From: Tubulanus polymorphus
Lineage: Eukaryota > Animalia > Nemertea
Direction of reading: 5' to 3'
Length of the DNA: 64,000 bases
Assembly (NCBI RefSeq): GCF_964204645.1
Contig: NC_134032.1
Location: 6,994,275-7,058,274 of the forward strand
The notes under the pieces were generated by a model. That model ran no database searches, was not told the origin of the DNA, and saw nothing but the letters and a program-made list of their open reading frames with translations. Of the stretch, positions 48,501 to 59,813 are shown piece by piece (position 1 is the stretch's first letter; every line of letters begins with the position of its first letter). The position numbers were made by a program, and so were the translations under genes.

Positions 48501-48965
48501 CCAAATTACCTGTGTCAAAGTGATTTAGTGAGTCGTGCCAAGCTTATAGCCTTTTTGTATCGCCATTTTTGTGAGCGCTTTAGACGCGAGTATTTAACGG
48601 CCCTTCATGAGAAGCATTCGTCTTCCGGTGTTTCGAGTTCGTTTGTAAAAGTTGGCGATGTAGTTCAGTTAGGTGATAACTCAAACCGTTTATCGTGACG
48701 GCTCGGGGTTGTAACTGATGTAAATGTTGGCGGCGATGGGCTCGTTCGCTCTGCACATATTCAAACCTCGTCGGGGGTAACATCGCGTCCGATAAAGAAA
48801 CTGTTTCCTTTGGAAGTTTCGTCAGTTTCTGAACTTGAGCGAGAACGACTTACCGGAACTCAGGAGTCAATGGAACCGGGATTTCGCTGCCCGGAACGTG
48901 CGGCCGCAAAAGCCGCAAAGAAGAAAATTAAAGAAATAGTCGCTGATAACGACAGCGATGAGTGA
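45518..48965 (+). pseudogene. BEL/Pao LTR-retrotransposon pol (protease tail, RT, RNase H, integrase), multiply disrupted
   Basis: DIEKAFLMI, FGATSSPF, YVDN, HVFSDASEKAYG, KTKVAPL...IPRLEL, HHCC region, REYLTAL...KVGDVV. Confidence 0.9.
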
Positions 48966-49169
48966 AGTGTAGCGAATGTGTTTGTGTTATAAGTCTCTGT
49001 AAACCTCTTTAGGTTTACACAATCGAACGAATGGCGTTATTGTGTTGCGATATTTGCGTTATACCTCAATATCGGTACGGCCAGTTTTTTGTGTTCAACG
49101 CTCGTTAAAAAGTGAAATTATTCAGCGTAGACTTCATTGCTATTAAAACTTTATTGATGCTAAACTATC

Positions 49170-49500
49170 ATTAGGGTTTTCTGTTATTTCACAGAAAACC
49201 CTATTGATATCCGCGTGATTATTATTAGGGTTTTCTGATATTTCACAGAAAACCCTATTGATATCCGCGTGATTATTAGGGTTTTCTGTTATTTCACAGA
49301 AAACCCTATTGATATCCGCGTGATTATTAGGGTTTTCTGTTATTTCACAGAAAACCCTATTGATATCCGCGTGATTATTAGGGTTTTCTGTTATTTCACA
49401 GAAAACCCTATTGATATCCGCGTGATTATTAGGGTTTTCTGTTATTTCACAGAAAACCCTATTGATATCCGCGTGATTATTATTATTATTATTTTCTTCC
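49170..49500. repeat. 51-bp tandem repeat (~6 copies), each with a 12-bp hairpin, followed by (ATT)n
   Basis: tagggttttctg-ttatttca-cagaaaacccta in each unit. Confidence 0.92.
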
Positions 49501-50362
49501 ACACTATTTTTACCAAAAGAACATAGGCTTTGTTACCTTACCGCTGTTTCATATACAATCCATAATATCGTTCAGCTCACTGAGATCTACAAATAGCCCG
49601 CGTGTTTTTTCACGAATCATCGTTACAAAAGCGCTGTCGGGCCGTAAACATCGAAAATTTAGCCCCATTCAATGGGGCGACATGTTTTTCGAGTCGTCAT
49701 CCCGAAATCAACCCGCAGGCCGACTGTCATTTCGATTATCAATTCAAGTATAAATGAACTAATTTATTGCCGCAGACTTCACATTCAGTCGTGGTCTTCA
49801 AACAGTGATTTTAACAATAGCCCATTTTCCTCATCAAATCATATTACCGATACACTGGAAATTTACTACTTTAGATTTTAAAAGCACTGTCGAGCCGTAA
49901 ACATCGACGAATCGACGTGTGTTACTACATCGTCGTTCCGGGGATGAGCTGCGAGTTTCTCCTCATCATGAGAATCAAATCGAGTACAAATTAATTCATT
50001 ACTACCAGTGATTTGGCTGCGGGTTTCAAGGAGTTAGTTTAACAATACCTATTTTTCTTTACCGAATTAACCGTGTATTTACTAAGATAAATCTTTAGTG
50101 TACCGGGGAATCGTAGGCCTAAACTAAACAGACCGAAGAGATATAGCGGAGAAAAGCTGTTATGTCGACGAGGTATCAAAATAAAAGAATATATTACTTT
50201 ATTCGGCCGCGGGCTTCAACCTCTATATCAATACCATCAATACTCTATATTTCCTACAGTACATACCGATCATTGTCAAATACACAAGGTATTTACTAAA
50301 TACAAGTATATAACACACTCCTTTTCGTATCCTGGACTCACACTTGACATTCGGAGTAAGCG

Positions 50363-50715
50363 TTCGCTGTGGGGGAAAGGAGATCGTTCACTGTGTCGCT
50401 TGAGGTGTTTATCGGGTTTTACGCGGCTTAAGGCCTACCGGTACCGAGCTTTACTGTCTCAAACAAACACAGTATAAAATTGTTGCGTTTATTAACGGAC
50501 TCATTGGATCGAACTTCAAAACAAAATTTACGATACTTAGGTGGGTTGTTATTCAATAGGCCTACGACCAATCTGTCCGGATGTTAGGCCTACGCATATA
50601 CATAGGCCTACATAGGCTAGTAGCCTCTACTAGGTTAAGCTTTCGCTGTGGGGGAAAGGAGATCGTTCGCTGTGTCGCTTGAAGTGTTTATCGAGTTTTA
50701 CGCGACCTTAAGGCT
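50363..50715 (+). repeat. ~75-bp dispersed direct repeat
   Basis: ttcgctgtgggggaaaggagatcgttc...ttaaggc at ~50363 and ~50642. Confidence 0.75.
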
Positions 50716-50817
50716 TTAGTATGGTGGCTGATAAGGGCCATGCTTAAAAAAACACGTATATGCAAATGAGGGCGACATTATGACAAAACGACAAAACTAA
50801 AATAACGCGAGAAAACA

Positions 50818-53140
50818 ATAATTTTGGTTTTGTCGCCCGCGACAATTCATTATTTTGGTTTTATCGCCCGCGACATTTCATTATTTTGGTTTTATCGCCC
50901 GCGAAATTCATTAATTTGGTTTGGTCACCCGCGACAAATATATATTGGTTTTGTCGCCCACGAAAATTCAATATTTTGGTTTTATCGCCCGCGACAATTC
51001 ATTATATTGGTTTTATCGCCCGCGCCAATTCATTTTTTTTTGTCGCGGTTATATCGCCTGCGACAATTCAATATTTTGGTTATATCGCCAGCGACAATTC
51101 ATTATTTTGGTTTTATCGCCCGCCGCAATTCATTATTTTGGTTTTTTCGCCGGCGAAAATTCATTAGTTTGGTTTTGTCACCTGCGACAATTCATTATTT
51201 TGGTTTTATCGCCCGCGACAATTCATTATTTTGGTTTTATCGCCCGCGACAATTTTTTTTTATCGCAGTTTTATCGCCTGCGACAATTCAATATTTTGGT
51301 TTTATCGCCAGTGACAATTCAATATTTTGGTTTTATCGCCAGTGACAATTCATTATTTTGGTTTTATCGCCCGCGACAATTCATTATTTTGGTTTTATCG
51401 CCCGCGACAATTCATTAGTTTGGTTTTGTCGCCCGTGACAATTCAATATTTTGGTTTTGTCGCCCGCGACAATTCATTACTTTGGTTTTGTCTCCCGTGA
51501 CAATTCAATATTTTGGTTTTATCGCCTGCGACAATTCAATATTTTGGTTTTATCGCCCGCGATAATTCATTATTTTGGTTTTATCGCCCGCGACAATGAA
51601 ATATTTTGTTTTTATCGCCCGCGACAATTCATTATTTTGGTTTTGTCGCCCGCGACAATTCATTATTTTGGTTTTATCGCCCGCGACAATTCAATATTTT
51701 GGTTTTCATGCCCGCGACAATTCATTATTTTGGTTTTATCGCCCTCGACAATTCAATATTTTGCTTTTATCGCCCGCGATAATTCATTATTTTGGTTTTA
51801 TCGCCCGCGACAATTCATTACTTTGGTTTTGTCCCCTGGACAATTCACCATTTTGGTTTTGTCGCCAGCTACAATTCATTGTTTTGGTTTTGTCGCCCCA
51901 ACAATTCTTTTTTTGGTTTTGTCGCCCGCGACAATTCATTACTTTGGTTTTATCTCCAGCGACAATTCATTATTTTGATTTGGTCACCTGCGACAAATAT
52001 ATATTGGTTTTGTCGCCCACGAAAATTCAATATTTTGGTTTTATCGCCCGCGACAATTCATTATATTGGTTTTATCGCCCGCGCCAATTCATTTTTTTTT
52101 GTCGCGGTTATATCGCCTGCGACAATTCAATATTTTGGTTATATCGCGAGCGACAATTCATTATTTTGGTTTTATCGCCCGCCACAATTCATTATTTTGG
52201 TTTTTTCGCCGGCGAAAATTCATTAGTTTGGTTTTGTCACCTGCGACAATTCATTATTTTGGTTTTATCGCCCGCGACAATTTTTTTTTTGTCGCGGTTT
52301 TATCGCCTGCGACAATTCAATATTTTGGTTTTATCGCCCGCGACAATTCAATATTTAGCTTTTATCGCCCGCGATAATTCATTATTTTGGTTTTATCGCC
52401 CGCGACAATTCATTACTTTGGTTTTGTCCCCTGGACAATTCACCATTTTGGTTTTGTCGCCAGCTACAATTCATTGTTTTGGTTTTGTCGCCCCAACAAT
52501 TCTTTTTTTGGTTTTGTCGCCCGCGACAATTCATTACTTTGGTTTTATCTCCAGCGACAATTCATTATTTTGGTTTTATATTTTGTTTTTGTCACCCGCG
52601 ACAATTTTTTTTCTTGGTTTTGTCGCCTGCGACAATTCAATATTTTGGTTTTGTCGCCCGCGACAATTCATTATTTTGGTTTTATGGCCCGCAACAATTC
52701 AATATTTTGGTTTTATCGCCCGCGATAATTCATTATTTTGGTTTTATCGCCCGCGACAATTCATTATTTTAGTTTTGTCACCCGAGACAATTCAATATTT
52801 TGGTTTTATCGCCCACGACAATTCATTACTTTGGTTTTATCTCCAGCAACAATTCATTATTTTGATTTTGTCGCCCGCGACAATTCTTCTTTTTGGTTTT
52901 ATCACCCGCGAAAATTCATTATTTTGGTTTTGTCGCCCGCGGCAATTCATTATTTTTTAGTTTTGTCGCACGTGATAATTCAATATTTTGTTTTTGTTGC
53001 CCGAGACAATTCATTATTTTGGTTTTATCGCCCGCGACAATTCAATATTTTTGTTTTATCGCCCGCGACAATTCAATATTTTGGTTTTATCACCCGCGAC
53101 AATTCATTAGTTTGGTTTTGTCGCCCGCAACAATTCTTTT
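50818..53140. repeat. 31-bp satellite array (~70+ units)
   Basis: Consensus attttggttttatcgcccgcgacaattcatt. Confidence 0.95.
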
Positions 53141-53933
53141 TCAGTCCACTTGGGACTTTAGTAATTTTGGGAAGTTTTGAAGACGCTTCAAGGTAATGTC
53201 TTGATATTTGGTTTATACATGTATCTACCCTAAACACATTGTCAGCCCAAAAACTGGCCCTGTCAGATTCAAGATGGCCGACTGGCAGCCATTGTTGTTT
53301 GCCATAAGCACTTTTTAAACATTTTCGAAGTTTTCGTGGGAAATTTTGAAGACGCTTTGATCAATTACCTTGATCTTTCGTTTATATTTGAATCTACCAA
53401 AGGCCCATCAGCATATGAAAATTGGGTCGATCTGACTCAAGATGGCCGTCCTTTGACTTTTTTAGTGCCGAAAAATGTCAATTTTGGCCAGAATTCTAGG
53501 TCCTGTAGCTTCCTACTGGTTTGCATTTCTCATTGCAATTGCTGATGGTTATTCTTAAGAGAGGGATGTTTTATGCCTGGGACGGGTATTCTTGATCAGC
53601 CAATTATGACGCAATTGGTGGCCATCTTGGTGTCATCAGTACTCATTCGTAGGTGGGAAAAGGTTTTTCCACATTAAATTGATACCTAAGCATATTGTGT
53701 TACTATATTCAATTGGAAAGTTGTAGCCCATAACGTGTTCTATGATTTTGGTGAGTTTCAAGGTCATTGGTTTTTGTGGCCATCAGGGGGCGTTGAATAA
53801 TACAATAACTGAGTATTGCTATATTATATTTGTACCAAGGCATATTTTGTTACCATGATCAATTGCAAAGTTGTAGTTCATGACCTCGCCTATGATTATG
53901 GTGAGTTTTTAAGGACATTAGTTATTCCATATA

Positions 53934-54347
53934 AGTAATAGGGGTTTAGTTGTTTCATACCAAAGGTCGAAAGGTCGAGCCCATTAAAAAACAAAATATT
54001 AAAAGTAATTAAAAAACTATAATATATTTTCATAACCGCGTGCATTTTATATCAAAACTAAATATTTATTCTAAGATATCAATAATATAAAAAGCATATT
54101 GTATTAAATCAATTGGTCGCTCCACTTCGCTACCGCTCCGCTCCGCGACCAATTGATTTAATTACAATACACAAATTCAAATAATCAAATATATTCAAAT
54201 GATAATAATTATTCTATTATTCTATTATTCAACTGAAATGCACGCGGTTATGAAAATATATTATAGTTTTTTAATTACTTTTAATATATGTTATTAATGA
54301 ACTCGATCATTAAACCTTTGATATGAAACAACTAAACCCCTATTACT
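53934..54347. repeat. E3 left terminal palindrome (414 bp)
   Basis: agtaataggggtttagttgtttcata ... tatgaaacaactaaacccctattact. Confidence 0.92.
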
Positions 54348-54429
54348 CTTAAAATATTCATATATATATGAATAACATTTAAATCATTGAACTTCTAAAA
54401 TCAATTTTAATAAAAAATATAGTATTAAA

Positions 54430-54681
54430 ATGGAAGCAAATAAGTACTACTGCCCAACATGTAATATCGATATAGATAAATCCCAAAAAGCAAGACACAA
54501 TAAAACTAAAACACATTTAGAGAATAAATTGAAACTAGAATATTTACAGTTATATTCAGAACAGTTAACAAAAGCAAAGAAATTTATTGAATTATGGAAT
54601 AATGATCCAAATAATGAACAATACGTTGAGGAATTTGATATCAAGGAATCGAAACAACTTATCAAAAGCAGCGAGGAATGA
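54430..54681 (+). other. Chimeric ORF: PolB N-terminus fused to HNH C-terminus
   Basis: MEANKYYCPTC...KLKLEY joined to LQLYSEQLTKAKKF...EEFDIK. Confidence 0.85.
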
Positions 54682-54759
54682 AAAAGGATGATGTTGGTCG
54701 AAGAAATGGAAGAGGATTATAAAATACTAACCAATTTAGTAAAAAAATACGTATAATAA

Positions 54760-55425
54760 ATGGAACCAGAACAACCACAAACTATCAATATTACAAATAA
54801 CACTGGCGTTATAAACATATATTACAAGAAGTGTTCTAAATGTGAATTAAATAAATCATTAACAGAATTTAGTAAGCGTAAGATTAGCAAAGATGGTTTT
54901 CAATATTACTGTAAAACTTGCATTAAACTATATACCAAACAATATCGAGAAGATAATAGAGAATCTTATAATGATTATATGACAGAATATATGAGAGGAA
55001 GATATCAAACAGATCTTAATTTTAGATTGAAACAATGTTTACGGTCTAGATTAACACAATTATTCAACAAAGAAACACATTCAGAAACACTATCTAATTT
55101 ATTGGGTTGTTCAGATGAATTTCTCAAATCATGGATAATATATCAATTCGATGATAAAATGAATATAAATAATTATGGGGATTATTACCATATTGATCAC
55201 GTGTTACCAATATCTAAATTTAACATGAACGATGAATACAATAAAAAACTTATTTGGAATTGGAAAAATTTAAGACCTTTAGAAAAGAAAGAAAATCAAA
55301 CCAAATCTAATAAACTAGATTTACAATTATATTTAGAACAGTTAATAAAAGTAAAGAAATTCATTGAATTATGGAACAATAATCCAAATAATGAACAATA
55401 TGTTGGGTCTTTAATGAAAGGTTGA
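54760..55425 (+). CDS. HNH-family endonuclease (E3)
   Basis: Orthologue of 42960-43637. Confidence 0.8.
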   Translation: MEPEQPQTINITNNTGVINIYYKKCSKCELNKSLTEFSKRKISKDGFQYYCKTCIKLYTKQYREDNRESYNDYMTEYMRGRYQTDLNFRLKQCLRSRLTQLFNKETHSETLSNLLGCSDEFLKSWIIYQFDDKMNINNYGDYYHIDHVLPISKFNMNDEYNKKLIWNWKNLRPLEKKENQTKSNKLDLQLYLEQLIKVKKFIELWNNNPNNEQYVGSLMKG

Positions 55426-55649
55426 AGATTAATATATCTCAAATAAAATATAATAAAAATTAAATACCTTCAACTAGCTTGTGAATTCTATTATATTTTT
55501 AATATTTTCTTTTCAAAAAAGAATACTTTATATCACAAATAAAAAATACTAAAAAAACAATAACTAATACTAGAATTCTTTAACTTTAACTAGCTAGTAT
55601 CATTTTATAATACTTATAATACTATTCTTATTAAATTTCTCTAATATAA

Positions 55650-56258
55650 ATGTCAAAGAAATCTAATAAGAATAGTATTGATATTGAAAAAACATTAGAT
55701 GATTTAGGTATTAGTGATAATAAAGATACAGTTGTTTCTAATTCTATTCAAGTTAATAACAATATAGATTATGAATACTATTTATATTGTAAGCATCATC
55801 TAGAACTATTGATTGCGAGTGGAAAAACTAAAGAGTTTATTGGTAAAACAATAACTTTTCAAGAATTAGATAATATGAATAAAGAAAAAGTAATAAAATA
55901 TTTTAAGATTTATGAAGAGGCAAGATTATCTAAAATAAATGATTCTATTTCGAATGGTATTGTCAAATGTTATTCTAAGTTATGTAACCAGTTAATATCA
56001 ATTGATGATGAAAATAAATTATATAATGATTTGAAAAATGACTATTTAGTTATGACTGAATTACAAAAATGGGTCGGTTATGCTTCATTTCAATTAGGAT
56101 CGGTTATGACATTGATTTCTACTGGCGTCATAACATTTTCGAACATCAAACCTATGGAATATAAATCAGGTAAGAACGAAACAGATGACGCTGTACTACA
56201 ACCAAACGTCGAAACAGAAAATGAATCAGAACAGAAATTAACTAAAATAAATGAGTGA
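55650..56258 (+). CDS. Conserved protein of unknown function (E3)
   Basis: Orthologue of 776-1378. Confidence 0.75.
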   Translation: MSKKSNKNSIDIEKTLDDLGISDNKDTVVSNSIQVNNNIDYEYYLYCKHHLELLIASGKTKEFIGKTITFQELDNMNKEKVIKYFKIYEEARLSKINDSISNGIVKCYSKLCNQLISIDDENKLYNDLKNDYLVMTELQKWVGYASFQLGSVMTLISTGVITFSNIKPMEYKSGKNETDDAVLQPNVETENESEQKLTKINE

Positions 56259-56646
56259 TAGCGTTAAGAAGAAGCCTAGATCCGAGAAACAAATTATATG
56301 GGCAAGAGAATTAGGTAAAAGATCTTCAGAATTAAAAAAAGCTAAGAAAAAGAAATTAACTGATATAAATGAATCACAGACTTTATCTGATGTAGCCGTA
56401 CGGCACCCACACGGTGGTATTGATTCAAATAATAATCCATCTAATTCTTCTAATGCTGGAAGTAATTATAAATTATATATTACAATTGGATTAGTAACAG
56501 TTATTATATTATCTGGTGTAATATATAAATCAAAATTCAAATCTGATGATAAAGATGATTCCAATGACAATAAACCTATCATACCCGAAAATAAGTCAAA
56601 TCATAAATCAAATGAAAATAAATCTAAAATATTATTAATGGATTAA
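56251..56646 (+). CDS. Small basic single-pass membrane protein (E3)
   Basis: Orthologue of 1371-1769. Confidence 0.75.
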   Translation: MSDSVKKKPRSEKQIIWARELGKRSSELKKAKKKKLTDINESQTLSDVAVRHPHGGIDSNNNPSNSSNAGSNYKLYITIGLVTVIILSGVIYKSKFKSDDKDDSNDNKPIIPENKSNHKSNENKSKILLMD

Positions 56647-56649
56647 AAT

Positions 56650-57738
56650 ATGATGAAAAAAGAACAATATTTGAGAGATTTATATTATAACCCAGAAAGT
56701 GAAGTATTATATTCAAGTGTTTCGGAATTATGGGATAAAATTAAATCTGATAAAGAAAAAATAAAATATAGTGAATTAAAATCATGGTTACAAAATCAAC
56801 CAACATATCAAATCCACAAGAAAATGGATAAAAAATATTTAACAAGAAAAGTTATGGTTTCATATATTGACCAACAATGGCAAGCTGATTTAATTGATAT
56901 AAAAAACTTAGAAGAATACAACAAAGGATATTTTTGGATACTAAATGTTATAGATATATTCAGTAGATACGCATGGAGTATCCCGATTAAAAATAAAACT
57001 GGTATAGAAGTTACAAATTCTTTCAAATTAATATTTAAAGAAGCTATTCCAGATAAAATACAATTTGATGAAGGTAAAGAATTTTATAACAAACATTTCA
57101 AAAAACTATTATCTGATTACGATGTAGAATATTTTTCAACACATTCAGATAAAAAAGCATCCGTTATAGAAAGATTTAATAAAACATTGAAAACTAGAAT
57201 GTGGAAATATTTCACCGCTAATGAAACATATAAATATATCGATGTGTTAGATGATTTAGTGAAAGGTTATAATAATTCTAAACATAGTTCTATAAATATG
57301 AAACCTATACAAGCTAGAAAAGAAGAAAATTCAGAAATAGTTTGGAATAATTTATATGGAGCATTTGTTACACATGATTTTGGAGAACCTAAATTTAAAA
57401 TAGGACAACATGTTAGAATTTCTAAATATAGAAAAACATTTTATAAAGGTTATACCCCTAATTTTACTGAAGAAATATTCAAGATTAAAAAGATAATATT
57501 AACTAAACCATTTGTTTATAAATTGTTTGATTTAAAAGATGAAGAAATATTAGGTTATTTTTATGAACAAGAATTATCACTTGTACCAAATCCAGATGAA
57601 ATAGAATACAAAATAGAAAAGGTATTAAAAACTAAAACTCTTAAAGGAAAAAAGTATTCTTTGGTGAAATATAAAGGATATGATGATAAATTTAATGAAT
57701 GGATTTTATCTAGTAAAATTAAAAGAATAAATGAATAA
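56650..57738 (+). CDS. Retroviral-like integrase with C-terminal chromodomain (intact)
   Basis: DDE core plus YKIEKVLK...YSLVKYKGYDDKFNEWI. Confidence 0.93.
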   Translation: MMKKEQYLRDLYYNPESEVLYSSVSELWDKIKSDKEKIKYSELKSWLQNQPTYQIHKKMDKKYLTRKVMVSYIDQQWQADLIDIKNLEEYNKGYFWILNVIDIFSRYAWSIPIKNKTGIEVTNSFKLIFKEAIPDKIQFDEGKEFYNKHFKKLLSDYDVEYFSTHSDKKASVIERFNKTLKTRMWKYFTANETYKYIDVLDDLVKGYNNSKHSSINMKPIQARKEENSEIVWNNLYGAFVTHDFGEPKFKIGQHVRISKYRKTFYKGYTPNFTEEIFKIKKIILTKPFVYKLFDLKDEEILGYFYEQELSLVPNPDEIEYKIEKVLKTKTLKGKKYSLVKYKGYDDKFNEWILSSKIKRINE

Positions 57739-58342
57739 AGATTTGTTTATATTTGAACCACATAATATGTTAGTTACTGGAGTAACAAACTGTGGTAAAA
57801 CACATTTCATATTAGATTTGTTAGAAACTATTTATAAGAATCATTTTGATAATATAATATTATTCTGTCCTACTTATGAAATGAATAAAACATATAATAG
57901 AGACATAGTTAAGATAAAAAAGTTTATTATATTAGATCCTAAAACAGTAAAAGAAAATTTAGATAATTGTATAAAAATAGCAATTGATACTTATAAAGGA
58001 TCAAATACATTATTCATTATAGATGATTGCGCAAATTTACATGATTCTAAAATTAGAGAAAGTGAGTTATGTTATTTAGCTTTCTCTGGTAGACATTTTG
58101 GGATAACAACATGGGTTTTAAATCAGAAATATAATTCAATTGTGAAAGACTTTAGGGAGAATATAAGATTTCTAGTTTTATTCTACAACAAAGATAGAAA
58201 ATCTATGCAACAATCATTGGAAGAAAATCAAATTATACCTACTGAATTACATGATGAATATATGAATAAATTAAAGAATAATAAAGGTTCCAAATTACTT
58301 ATGAGATTACAATTTCCATATGAATATAAATTCATAAAATAA
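57731..58342 (+). CDS. A32-like packaging ATPase (E3)
   Basis: Walker A and B, GRH motif. Confidence 0.92.
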   Translation: MNKDLFIFEPHNMLVTGVTNCGKTHFILDLLETIYKNHFDNIILFCPTYEMNKTYNRDIVKIKKFIILDPKTVKENLDNCIKIAIDTYKGSNTLFIIDDCANLHDSKIRESELCYLAFSGRHFGITTWVLNQKYNSIVKDFRENIRFLVLFYNKDRKSMQQSLEENQIIPTELHDEYMNKLKNNKGSKLLMRLQFPYEYKFIK

Positions 58343-58358
58343 AATCCTAATTCAAAAT

Positions 58359-58721
58359 ATTATAGAATTCACTGTATACTAATGGATGAGTGGATGAATT
58401 GGATGAATTGGATGAATGGATGAGTGTAACAATATATAATTTACATATGTTTTTTATTTTTAAAACAGTAAGAGTTTGATTTGAAGTTATTTTATCAATT
58501 TTATACTATATTTAAATATTATTTTAATAATATATATATATATTGTGTTAAATTTAATAAAGAATATAAATATTATATTTATACTCATACTATTCTTCCA
58601 ATTTATGTGTTAAAAAGTAAAATATATATATTATTATACTCATCCACTCTTCCACTCATCCAATTCTTCCAACTCATCCAACTCATCCATTCATCCATCA
58701 ATATACAGTGAATTCTATAAT
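58359..58721. repeat. Intergenic inverted repeat carrying TGGATGA(A/G) repeats
   Basis: attatagaattcactgtata...(tggatgaa)n paired with (tcatcca)n...tatacagtgaattctataat. Confidence 0.85.
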
Positions 58722-58725
58722 CTTT

Positions 58726-59781
58726 TTAATTTTCATTTTCATATTTTTCTTTAAGCTTATTGTATTCTAACCATAAATTCCTTTGCATTTTCATTGGTAT
58801 AGGTCCTAAATGATTCTCGAGTTCATATTTATTGAATGTTTTTCTTGAAAATATTTTTGGAATATAATTTTCGATTTCAGTTTTAGATGGATGTTTATTT
58901 AAAAATTCTCTAAAATCATCATATTTAAGTTCAAATAAATTCATTGCATAAGTAACATTTGGTTTAAAGTTATCTAACTTTTTCAATATGGTAACTATAT
59001 CATTACTCAATAAATAATCTATAAATGTTTTTCTATACCACCGATAATCTAATATATTCTTATTATTAAATTTTGGATTTATAACTGTTGGATTTTCTAT
59101 TACATTATCTGTACCAATATGTTTAATTGAGTATTTATGATTCAATTGTTTATCATATATTACATATTCTTTACATTTTTCACACCAAGATTTAAATACT
59201 TGTATTGCATGGGCTGAATCATTTCCACCTTTTGTTTTTAATTTATAATGTTTTGCCCAATTAGCCTTTGTTATACATTCATTACAGAAGGCACAATAAT
59301 TCTGATCCTCTTTGCATTTATCTTTATATATATTGGCATATGTTTTTACTAATTGTAAAATATGTTCATCTTTTTTGATGTGTAATAAATAATCATTATA
59401 ATTATCAAAATCTTCTTCACAATACATACATCTGATGTTATCTTTTGGTTGAACATTTGATTTTTCTATTTTAGGTTCAATATTATATTCTATTTTTGTT
59501 TCAATCTTATCATCATTCGATGTAGAAGGTATAACATTATCTTCTATTTTAGATTCAATATCATCTTCTATTTTATATTCAATATCATTCTTATCTTCTA
59601 TTTTAGGTTCAATATTATCTTCTATTTTTGTTTCAATATTCTTATCTATTTTACTTATTCTATATTTGAATTGATTAAAGTAATCTCCAAAATACTTACT
59701 GTATTCATCATAAGGTAATATATAATATATATCTGATATCATTTCACTTGAAGTTTGTATTTCATATATTCCACCTTCCAT
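58726..59781 (-). CDS. Alternative variable multi-zinc-finger protein with KIED repeats
   Basis: CMYC..H..H, CAFC..H, CEKC..H motifs; shares little more than the MEGG start and NVIPSTS with the E1/E2 gene in this slot. Confidence 0.7.
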   Translation of the reverse strand: MEGGIYEIQTSSEMISDIYYILPYDEYSKYFGDYFNQFKYRISKIDKNIETKIEDNIEPKIEDKNDIEYKIEDDIESKIEDNVIPSTSNDDKIETKIEYNIEPKIEKSNVQPKDNIRCMYCEEDFDNYNDYLLHIKKDEHILQLVKTYANIYKDKCKEDQNYCAFCNECITKANWAKHYKLKTKGGNDSAHAIQVFKSWCEKCKEYVIYDKQLNHKYSIKHIGTDNVIENPTVINPKFNNKNILDYRWYRKTFIDYLLSNDIVTILKKLDNFKPNVTYAMNLFELKYDDFREFLNKHPSKTEIENYIPKIFSRKTFNKYELENHLGPIPMKMQRNLWLEYNKLKEKYENEN

Positions 59782-59813
59782 TTATTATATACATTTTTAT
59801 TAAAGTTAAAATT

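Noticed and set aside
49143-49526. Repeat ORFs and CRISPR-like palindromic repeats
   Set aside because: Units are identical head-to-tail with no unique spacers, there are no cas genes, and the context is eukaryotic
50824-53196. Many overlapping long ORFs (up to 461 aa)
   Set aside because: Artefacts of the stop-poor 31-bp satellite; the same peptide cycles through three frames
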